This document shows, piece after piece, positions 52,265-59,643 of a DNA stretch of 64,000 nucleotides. The stretch is from a virus. Made by a program: the position numbers and the translations under genes. The notes under the pieces were generated by a model. That model was not told where the DNA came from, searched no databases, and was given only the letters and a program-made list of their open reading frames with translations. Numbering within the stretch: position 1 is the stretch's first letter; each line of letters opens with the position of its first letter. The stretch spans positions 17,008-81,007 of the IMG/VR virus record IMGVR_UViG_3300020125_000051; one strand, given 5' to 3'.

Positions 52265-52462
52265 TTGACTGGTGCAATGTTAGATAACGGAGGCGTAGGC
52301 ACATTAGGTGACTAGACTAATGCACGGCGTTTCTATTTGCATCTAAACATTGCGGTGATTGTAGTTGGTAATGGCTTCTGCTGTCGAGCATTATTAACAG
52401 TACCTACTACAACACTTTTACCAGTTGTTGGCTACAAACCCATGCATTGATTTATAGCTACG

Positions 52463-52534
52463 TAGTCTCGGAGGGAGTCGAGCCCTCTTCACAGCGGTGA
52501 AAGCGCTGTATCCTAACCCATAGACGACGAGACC
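52463..52534 (-). tRNA. tRNA-Glu(TTC)
   Basis: Cloverleaf; loop CTTTCAC. Confidence 0.88.
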
Positions 52535-52687
52535 TTATTTAATTGGTGATAGGTTGGTAGTTTCCTTAACACTACCGGTGCCACATTTTGAGCACATATC
52601 CGCAACTCAATATGTAGTCCACCACTGCCCTTTGTGTACTGTATTTATGCGGCCCATACAGCCTTACTGGATAGGCTACCCCTATCG

Positions 52688-52761
52688 TTGGACACCACAG
52701 GATCGAACTGTGCACCTCTACGTTATCGGCGTAGCGCTCTAACCAAATGAGCTAGTGTCCA
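52688..52761 (-). tRNA. tRNA-Ile(GAT)
   Basis: Cloverleaf; loop CCGATAA. Confidence 0.9.
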
Positions 52762-52864
52762 ATAACCCTCACCCTAGACAACTGGCATTGCTAGAGACTC
52801 TTGGGCTACGCACCTGCCAGGGCACTTGCATCGCAACGAGATTAACGAGTCCCGCCCAATACCG

Positions 52865-52935
52865 TACAGACAGAGAGGATCGAACTCTCGCTAGTAGATT
52901 GAGAATCTACCGGTCTGCCATTAACCTATGCCTGC
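52865..52935 (-). tRNA. tRNA-Glu(CTC)
   Basis: Cloverleaf; loop TTCTCAA. Confidence 0.88.
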
Positions 52936-53103
52936 TCACTACCAACTAACTTAATTGATAATACTTCATTTTCTTGGGCCATGAAAATACAAACTCCACC
53001 AGCGATGAACCTAAACCAACCACCTAATTGCTTATATTCATCAGCAATTACTATAGTAGGGATAGATGGTGTCTTAACATATCTTACATCATATTTATTC
53101 ATG

Positions 53104-53176
53104 TGCTTCCGGTGAGATTCGAACTCACACTTAAAGGATTTTAAGTCCTTCGCCTCTGCCATTGGGCTACGAAAGC
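53104..53176 (-). tRNA. tRNA-Leu(TAA)
   Basis: Cloverleaf; loop CTTAAAA. Confidence 0.92.
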
Positions 53177-53230
53177 TAGGTGACTATCCTTTACGGCGAT
53201 AGTCGTTCCGCTTCCTGTCGGGAAGTTATA

Positions 53231-54820
53231 TTAGATTCTACCTGCGCTAAACGCAGAAACCAATTTAGGCAAGTTTGAATCTGCGCCCGCTACGTCTAGC
53301 ATACCACTATCTGTGGGATTTGCAATAGAAAATCGCGTTGGAGTACATGCAACAACAATCAACTTTGCGTCATGACCTATAAACCTGCGATAATCCTTCA
53401 ATGCAACATGAGGATGTACATTACCAGCCCATGTTTCACTATCAGTCATTACCACAAAGGTATCAACGTCGATGCCACGTTCCTTGGCATATACCATTGG
53501 CAGTGAACAATCTGTACTACCAAAATTGCGATCCTTAGTTCTTTGCATTACTTCAGCTAGTGACATATTAGGTGCTATTCCCAAATCAACAAAATTCTGG
53601 GAGAATCCCATGATTTGGTAGAATGGCTCAGTTCTGGCAATCGTCATTGACATAGCTGCGCAAACTTCGGCAGCAGTTAAGTCAATGCCAGCCATCGACT
53701 GAGACATAGAACCAGAAACATCAAGAGCTATCATGGTACGCTTGTTAGCTGGTTCTACGTACTTAAAGGCACGATAGAAACCATCATCAAGTGCATTTAC
53801 GATAACAGGATTAGTTGCCCAATTCTTTTCATAGGTGTGACTCCATGCGTACTTACGATCACGCTGACCACGCTGATGCACAGTAGATGCTAGCAAATAC
53901 TGGAAAGGATGCAAGCGCGTACGCTGAATCATTTCCTCATCTACAAGCTTATCTGCATATGCACGAGCAAAGTGCATGTCCTCGAAAGCACCAATACGAG
54001 CAAGTCTAGTGATATTACGTACTAGAGCCTGACCGTTAAGCTGTCCATTACCGAAAAGCATCTTCCATACATCAGGAACCTTTAGGAATTGAGTAGGAAT
54101 GGCTTCCCAGGGAAGATTTGGATAACGCTCTAGTGCTGAAAGCACATGTCCTATCATGGTAGATGCTTGCATCCGCTTGAATCCAGCAATTATCAGCGGA
54201 TCTACATTAACTTCATTATCAAAGCCATGCACGAAATCGCCAATTGCCTTATTCAATCCCACAGGATGTGAAAGCATGAGCAAACCCTTGTGGGTCCAGC
54301 CGTTCCGTTGACGGTACTTTACCACCTGATACGCAAGGCTGTCAACATCCTTGCTAATGTACCAATCGGCAATCGCGCGCCGCTTTGCTCGTCCCCAACC
54401 ACCTAGAAGTTTGATATATTCAGCAAACTCGAATAGATGAGTTGACGTGCGACACACCTTAGCTAAGTCCTGCGAAGATTTTGCCTTGCCAAAGGTAAAC
54501 AGCGCGGCCAAACAAAAAATTGCAGGACTATTGCGGAAAGCACGGCCAGACTGTGAGATTTCAACTACAGTATCACGAACTAACTGCTCATCACGCTCAA
54601 TTAGTTCGCGTAGAAAGTTGATGTTATCCTTAGTAAGCTTCTGCTCGTCAACATAGTATGTTCCACCTTCGGTACCCAAAATAAGAAAACGCTCTAGGCG
54701 AGTCTTATCTGTTACCTCAAACGTAAAACCACCAGCATTGTTAGCAACCTGCCGAGGATCTTCTTGCTCTGACTGTGGTATTGGTGTTCCTAGTGTTCTT
54801 GAAAATACGTTGTTTGCCAT
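53231..54820 (-). CDS. rsr: Ro60/Rsr RNA-binding protein (TROVE + vWA)
   Basis: QV.NNAGGF.F, RL.RFLILG.EGGTYY, GGWGR..RRAI..WY, KYRQR.GW.H..L...SHP, AL.RN, DVSGSM MIDAS, TDCSLPM and TDSETW.G..HP motifs. Confidence 0.96.
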   Translation of the reverse strand: MANNVFSRTLGTPIPQSEQEDPRQVANNAGGFTFEVTDKTRLERFLILGTEGGTYYVDEQKLTKDNINFLRELIERDEQLVRDTVVEISQSGRAFRNSPAIFCLAALFTFGKAKSSQDLAKVCRTSTHLFEFAEYIKLLGGWGRAKRRAIADWYISKDVDSLAYQVVKYRQRNGWTHKGLLMLSHPVGLNKAIGDFVHGFDNEVNVDPLIIAGFKRMQASTMIGHVLSALERYPNLPWEAIPTQFLKVPDVWKMLFGNGQLNGQALVRNITRLARIGAFEDMHFARAYADKLVDEEMIQRTRLHPFQYLLASTVHQRGQRDRKYAWSHTYEKNWATNPVIVNALDDGFYRAFKYVEPANKRTMIALDVSGSMSQSMAGIDLTAAEVCAAMSMTIARTEPFYQIMGFSQNFVDLGIAPNMSLAEVMQRTKDRNFGSTDCSLPMVYAKERGIDVDTFVVMTDSETWAGNVHPHVALKDYRRFIGHDAKLIVVACTPTRFSIANPTDSGMLDVAGADSNLPKLVSAFSAGRI

Positions 54821-54824
54821 TTTT

Positions 54825-54850
54825 GAACGACCCCTTTCAAGGGATATATT
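54825..54850 (-). promoter_or_regulatory. Permuted Ro-type helix covering the rsr ribosome-binding site
   Basis: - strand AATATATCCCT-TGAA-AGGGGTCGTTC-AAAA-ATG contains both conserved Y-stem strands (TATATCC, GGGTCG). Confidence 0.6.
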
Positions 54851-54863
54851 GTGTTACATTACG

Positions 54864-54932
54864 TGGCATGGGTAGGATTCGAACCTACTTCCCTAGGACT
54901 GCGTAGCTTTTCCAATTAAGCCAATCCATGCC
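54864..54932 (-). ncRNA. tRNA-like RNA with defective anticodon arm
   Basis: GGCATGG/CCATGCC acceptor, D arm, perfect T arm; only 17 nt between D and T arms. Confidence 0.7.
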
Positions 54933-54935
54933 AAG

Positions 54936-55024
54936 TGGGGACACATGGAGTCGAACCATGTCAACTCAGACTGATCAATCTGAGGGCTAGTTTTGATCAG
55001 TATATACTAGCGTCCAAAGTCCCC
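54936..55024 (-). ncRNA. tRNA-like RNA with enlarged D arm and complementary D/anticodon loops
   Basis: GGGGAC/GTCCCC acceptor, GCTAGT/ACTAGC, CTCAGA/TCTGAG and CATGG-TTCGACT-CCATG. Confidence 0.7.
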
Positions 55025-55030
55025 TTGAAT

Positions 55031-55161
55031 GTTGGATATAGTTTGATAATCGGGGTTTTTGATAGCTCTTGGGCTCCGAATCGAACGGAGACCTTATACT
55101 TTTCAAGTATATATGCTACCTTTTACACTACCCTAGATAACCGACTATCGATCGACCCAAC
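55031..55161 (-). ncRNA. Y-RNA-like Y1: Ro-type stem carrying a complete tRNA-Phe-like cloverleaf
   Basis: GTTGGGTCGA..GTCGGTTATC...CCGATTATC..TATATCCAAC. Confidence 0.8.
55066..55137 (-). tRNA. tRNA-Phe(GAA)-like cloverleaf embedded in Y1
   Basis: TCTAGGG/CCCAAGA acceptor with one mismatch, TATAC-TTGAAAA-GTATA, CTCCG-TTCGATT-CGGAG. Confidence 0.7.
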
Positions 55162-55170
55162 AAAAATCTA

Positions 55171-56397
55171 TTAACCTTCTGCCATGATCTGATTATCTAT
55201 GTTTGCACCAGATGAATCTAGCACATTTCCAGAAATTGATAATCCGCCGCAGCCATCAGTGTGCTTAGCTGGAAAACCAGTACCAGGGAAAATAGGTCCA
55301 AATCTGTTGTTTAACAACGAACCGCGGTTCTGAGCACAGTAAACTGTGTACGAACCACCAACAAGTAAGTTGTTAGTAATTGTTAAGTTAGACTGAATTC
55401 CATGCCCAAAGTTTGGATCATTTGGGGGTCCAGAAGTAAATGTAGCATTGTCATCAGTCATTAAAACTGTGTTATGAATATACTGAATGTTGCTTTCGGA
55501 AGCAGAGCGCGCTGGCCAAACCTGAATACCATCAGTATGTGGATCTGGCGCTACACTATCACCCTTGAACATTCCATGTATATAAGAATCACGAATCGTG
55601 AAAACTGAGTTTGCGTCGCCACCGTTTTCGCAATTGCTAATATCGGCGCCAGTTACAAACAAAAATTCATCACCAAAAGCAGTACCACCATGCATACTAG
55701 GACCACAGAAAACAGACACATGATCCATAGTAGTTACGCCGCCACTATCGGCTGCACCAGCGGTTTCTACAACATAACCTGGAACATTGCAATTAACTGC
55801 AACATTCCTAAATGTTACATTTTGAGCTGTAATTACAGGACATCCAACAATAGTAACGTCATGAATTACTGCACCAGCAGTACCAAAGGTTAATGAGCCA
55901 CTATATGCTGGTAGACTTCCATGCGCGCCTGCCGTTGTGGCATCAGGGAAACCACAGGAACCAGGATTAGCCGCGCAATTGTTACCAGAAGGTGGTGGAC
56001 TCGTAGTAGTCGGAGGTGGAGTTGTCGTTGGTGGTGGATTAGTGGTAGTAGGTGGTGGAGTAGTAGTAGGTGGAACAGTCACCGTTGGTGATGGTGACGG
56101 AGAACCTGTTACTGTAGAACTAGGTGTTGGTGTTGGTGTTGCGGTTAGTCCTGCAATAACCTTTTGCTTGATTATAATACATTGTTGTGCTCTTGTCCGC
56201 TCAGCGGATGTAGTTGCAAATTGTAGGTCTAACTGACATTGTCTTAATAATCGTTGTGCATCGGTTAAATCTGAACTAGCATCCGCTGACGCTCGTTCAT
56301 TATTTGTAAAGATAACTAATGCACCAGTAATTAATGCCATAACTGCAAACCAAATTGCAATTTTCTGCCTTGTTGAACTTATGTGCGTTTCGAGCAT
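55171..56397 (-). CDS. Secreted protein: signal peptide, P/T linker, parallel beta-helix-like domain
   Basis: Hydrophobic N-terminus ending ASA; PPTTT repeats; PDATTAG, I.DSYIH, HTDGIQ and NN.L.GG.Y motifs. Confidence 0.75.
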   Translation of the reverse strand: MLETHISSTRQKIAIWFAVMALITGALVIFTNNERASADASSDLTDAQRLLRQCQLDLQFATTSAERTRAQQCIIIKQKVIAGLTATPTPTPSSTVTGSPSPSPTVTVPPTTTPPPTTTNPPPTTTPPPTTTSPPPSGNNCAANPGSCGFPDATTAGAHGSLPAYSGSLTFGTAGAVIHDVTIVGCPVITAQNVTFRNVAVNCNVPGYVVETAGAADSGGVTTMDHVSVFCGPSMHGGTAFGDEFLFVTGADISNCENGGDANSVFTIRDSYIHGMFKGDSVAPDPHTDGIQVWPARSASESNIQYIHNTVLMTDDNATFTSGPPNDPNFGHGIQSNLTITNNLLVGGSYTVYCAQNRGSLLNNRFGPIFPGTGFPAKHTDGCGGLSISGNVLDSSGANIDNQIMAEG

Positions 56398-56465
56398 TGT
56401 ACCTCCACTAGAAGAACTAACCGGAGATCAATGTCCAAATTATCACTTCCATTCATTTTAGCACG

Positions 56466-56548
56466 CGGAAGCTAAAGGAGTCGAACCCTTAGGTATTACC
56501 CTAGCCAGATTTTCAAGACCTGTTGCCCACCACTGAGCGCTAGCTTCC
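56466..56548 (-). tRNA. tRNA-Ser(TGA)
   Basis: Loop CTTGAAA; long variable arm. Confidence 0.9.
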
Positions 56549-56553
56549 TTGAG

Positions 56554-56625
56554 ATATCGGATATATTTGCGTTAATTGGATGGTCTGCAGAAACAGTTGA
56601 TAACCAATTAGCTTTGACCCGATAT
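56554..56625 (-). ncRNA. Y-RNA-like Y2 (minimal)
   Basis: ATATCGGGTCAAAG..ATTGGTTATC..CCAATTA..TATATCCGATAT. Confidence 0.75.
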
Positions 56626-56630
56626 TTAAA

Positions 56631-56825
56631 TTAGAGTAGTTCTCCTGCTAACTTTGTCATTGCTGATTTTGCTTCATGCAGTTTAACACATAGCGGAGAA
56701 TATAGAACTTTACCTGAACAATGTTGGGCAGCGTTTGCTTCTGAGTTTCTTTCCTCACGTACTATTGCCCAAATTAGTGCTTCATGTACCTTGTCAATTT
56801 CACGAATGATATCTGCTCTGTCCAA
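56631..56825 (-). CDS. Hypothetical protein
   Basis: Abuts the NlpC/P60 gene. Confidence 0.5.
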   Translation of the reverse strand: MDRADIIREIDKVHEALIWAIVREERNSEANAAQHCSGKVLYSPLCVKLHEAKSAMTKLAGELL

Positions 56826-57590
56826 TTATACAAACCTCTTAGCGGCATAGAATGAATACAAGTTGTTAATGATTACACCTTGCTTGTATCCGGCAGCTTC
56901 GACAATCTTACCATTACCAATATAGACAAACACATGACCAATGAACGGCCAAACTATATCTCCAGGTTGTAGATTGTTGCGAGACACCCGAACACCTTGG
57001 TTAGAATAAAGGATCTGTGCATCTTGATGAGGCACATTAATTCCAACCTGAGCTAGTGACATCATCACAAGACCAGAACAATCAAATGCATATGGTCCAG
57101 CAGCAGCCCAAGAATAACGCTTGCCAACCTGAGCTAATGCGTAGTTGACAATTCTTTGCGCTCTTGAAGTGTTAGCTGATGCTACTGTGGTGGTTGCCTT
57201 AATTACTGGCTTAGTTACTGGTGCCGTGGCAGGTACCGAACTAACCACAGGTGCAGTAGGTACAAAAATTTGCTGACCTACACCAAGCTGATTGCAGTTG
57301 GCAAGTTTATTATACTGACAAATACCTGGCCAATACCCAGGATTCGAATAGACAGCGTTGGAAATACCAAAAAGACTTCCATAAGGAGAAGGATACTTTT
57401 GAGTAGTAATCCAAGTGCCAATTGGCTTCGCTACGGCCACCGATTCAACAGCTTTTGCTGTTTCTGTTGCTGCCACTACCTTCTGGTCGACTATTGTCGT
57501 CGCTCCCGCAGGAGTTGCAATGGCAAAAACGCTAATACTTATGAGTAGGCTGCCTAATGAAGCTTTTATGGCAGACTTGGATCTAGACAT
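56826..57590 (-). CDS. Secreted LysM-like + NlpC/P60 peptidoglycan endopeptidase
   Basis: Signal peptide; LysM-like SLFGIS...W..I...N....L.VGQ.I.VP; Y.W...GP..FDCSGL, LQPGD and HV..Y.G.G motifs. Confidence 0.9.
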   Translation of the reverse strand: MSRSKSAIKASLGSLLISISVFAIATPAGATTIVDQKVVAATETAKAVESVAVAKPIGTWITTQKYPSPYGSLFGISNAVYSNPGYWPGICQYNKLANCNQLGVGQQIFVPTAPVVSSVPATAPVTKPVIKATTTVASANTSRAQRIVNYALAQVGKRYSWAAAGPYAFDCSGLVMMSLAQVGINVPHQDAQILYSNQGVRVSRNNLQPGDIVWPFIGHVFVYIGNGKIVEAAGYKQGVIINNLYSFYAAKRFV

Positions 57591-57764
57591 TTATATCCTA
57601 TCTCTTTGCGAAAACAGACAGGATGAGCTAGTTAGAGTTTAAAGTCTGTTTTCGCCCCTGTTTGAATATTAAATTGTATTTTAGATGCATGTTAGCTTTG
57701 TTTCACCACCCTTTTAGAGGCAAGTATACGGATCTCCCGTATCACCATACGCTAACATGCAACG

Positions 57765-57836
57765 TGCCAAGAGCAGGACTCGAACCTGCGCATCATGTTC
57801 TTCAGACATGCGCTCTGCCAACTGAGCTATCGAGGC
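57765..57836 (-). tRNA. tRNA-Phe(GAA)
   Basis: Loop CTGAAGA; two acceptor-stem mismatches. Confidence 0.82.
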
Positions 57837-57840
57837 AATG

Positions 57841-57900
57841 ATAAGGATATATTTTTGTCATCGTTATTTGCTGTGATAACCGATGAACTTTGACCCTTAT
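57841..57900 (-). ncRNA. Y-RNA-like Y3 (minimal, 60 nt)
   Basis: ATAAGGGTCAAAG..ATCGGTTATC..CGATGA..TATATCCTTAT. Confidence 0.72.
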
Positions 57901-57908
57901 CTCAAAAC

Positions 57909-58313
57909 TTAAATTCCGTCTAGAATGTCTGGTGCGGCTGTTTCTTCTGCTGTTGGTGCTGTCGTCGCTGGTGGCTCTGGCGATGCTGCCTCAACGGCAG
58001 TGTCGAGTGTAGTAAGTTGATTGCTCGCATCAGTTAGTGCAGTCTCGGCATCACTGAGTGCTGAAAGTGCACCAGTAACATCTGGCGAAGCCTGGCTAAG
58101 TAGCCGAGTAACATCCTTAACTAATTCAATCGTGTTTTTGAGCACTGTCTGAGTAGCTGTAGAAACTTCAGCTACCTTAGCAGTTAGTTCGTCGACGCCT
58201 GCCATTACCTGATCCACCTTTGCTGGTAGTTCTGGATCACTTACCACGGTAGTGTGGAAGTGTATGGTAGTAACGGATGATGGGATTCCATCTAGATGGA
58301 AGAAAACATCCAT
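57909..58313 (-). CDS. Acidic coiled-coil protein
   Basis: Heptad-like A/L/V pattern. Confidence 0.6.
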   Translation of the reverse strand: MDVFFHLDGIPSSVTTIHFHTTVVSDPELPAKVDQVMAGVDELTAKVAEVSTATQTVLKNTIELVKDVTRLLSQASPDVTGALSALSDAETALTDASNQLTTLDTAVEAASPEPPATTAPTAEETAAPDILDGI

Positions 58314-58336
58314 TTGACCAACTTTCTTTAGTGCAG

Positions 58337-58409
58337 AGCCACAGGTAGGAATTGAACCTACGAAAACAGGTTTTGCAGACCTGCGCCTTTACCATTCGGC
58401 CACAGTGGC
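58337..58409 (-). tRNA. tRNA-Cys(GCA)
   Basis: Loop CTGCAAA; U73. Confidence 0.9.
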
Positions 58410-58410
58410 G

Positions 58411-58487
58411 TGGGGTGTATGACGGGATTTGAACCCGCGAATGACTAGAGTCACATTCTAGCTCCTGATGCCTCCGGATCATACACC
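58411..58487 (-). tRNA. tRNA-His(GTG), G-1:C73 and CCA encoded
   Basis: Loop ATGTGAC. Confidence 0.85.
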
Positions 58488-58489
58488 AG

Positions 58490-58562
58490 TACCAACGAGG
58501 GGAGTCGAACCCCTAACAACTAGAACCTAAATCTAGCGCCTCTGCCATTGGGCTACGTTGGC
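58490..58562 (-). tRNA. tRNA-Leu(TAG)
   Basis: Loop TTTAGGT. Confidence 0.9.
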
Positions 58563-59015
58563 AAGTTATTAGGATTCCATTCATGGTATGTTACAGTTGA
58601 AATCCTTTTGATTGTACGAGTTAACACAGTTCTATTGCTAAATTGCAACATACATTCATCACAAATATTAATCATTAACTGGTGAATATTAGACATTGGA
58701 TCCCAGACCGTACTACCATATTGTCCACTTGAGTAAAATGTAGTAGCTTCTTGTGGTTGGAAATTCCATCGGTTAGTATCTCTATCCGAGTCAGGTTTAA
58801 AGACAGGTTCCAATTCTTTATCACATTTGAAACAATTAACTGGTAGCTTCATTTTTGTCTCCAGACATAAAAAGATGGTTCCTTTTGTTATCAAGAGTAG
58901 GAACCAAAAAGCTCTCCGTCAACAAGGAATTTTTTCAGCCCGGTTACGTCTGGCTTAAAATTATGTTGACTCAAACGTTTCGACGGTTACCTTTATACCG
59001 AGGTAACAGCGGTTG

Positions 59016-59642
59016 CTAATTAAGTAACGCTGTATCAGTCACAGTGTAAGAACCTCGGGAGATCCATACATAACCTGTGGTGTTGTTAAATTCAACCTGG
59101 AACATTGTTGACTTATTTACGTCAGTGCCAAATCCATTGATTGTGCCAGCGAAAGCCATGATTGGGTTATTCCACTGATCGCAAAGCTGCGCTACTGCCG
59201 CAGTACCAGCAAAGTGGTTCTTGACTGAGCGCCAAGCAAAGTTTACTAATGGAACACCACGATCATTGTTTTCAATTCGAATCTTATAGAATTGCTGCGA
59301 ATTGGCAAACAATGCTGGTTGAGCATTATCAGAAACGTAAACTGTCGTAAATCCTACGGTTCTTATGATACCCTTCCCACAGGAGACTTGAATAACCGAA
59401 GAATCTTCGATTTTCTTGCCATCTGAGTTATATCGATCAAACATATGATCAGTATCAAAGCCTAAACTTTCGCAATGAGCCTGATACACAAGTTGGCCAT
59501 CAGTACCATAGTTATAGATGGTACCTGGTGAATTTCCCAATGCTCGCATAGCTGCCGCAATTGAATTGCTGACACTTGAGCAGCCAGATAAAGTAACTAT
59601 TGCTAGCACTAGACCAGCTAGTACTACAAAACTTTTTTTCAT
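59016..59642 (-). CDS. Lipoprotein
   Basis: MKK, hydrophobic core, LSGC lipobox. Confidence 0.8.
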   Translation of the reverse strand: MKKSFVVLAGLVLAIVTLSGCSSVSNSIAAAMRALGNSPGTIYNYGTDGQLVYQAHCESLGFDTDHMFDRYNSDGKKIEDSSVIQVSCGKGIIRTVGFTTVYVSDNAQPALFANSQQFYKIRIENNDRGVPLVNFAWRSVKNHFAGTAAVAQLCDQWNNPIMAFAGTINGFGTDVNKSTMFQVEFNNTTGYVWISRGSYTVTDTALLN

Positions 59643-59643
59643 T

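Noticed and set aside
51991-53162. Track ORF starts at 52248 and 53162 (also 46107, 58482, 60120, 62490)
   Set aside because: Their 5' parts run through tRNA genes; the true starts are downstream or the ORFs are spurious.
53231-54820. Complete rsr-rtcB RNA repair operon
   Set aside because: No RtcB, RtcA, RNA ligase or polynucleotide kinase motifs are visible in this window; they could lie outside it.
54936-55024. tmRNA
   Set aside because: It has a GGGG start and a T arm, but is only 89 nt, with no tag ORF and no G3-U70 pair.
56466-56548. Suppressor or selenocysteine tRNA, or a recoded genetic code
   Set aside because: Anticodons TGA, TAA and TAG read Ser and Leu codons. No CTA, TTA or TCA anticodon was found, and long genes are intact in the standard code.
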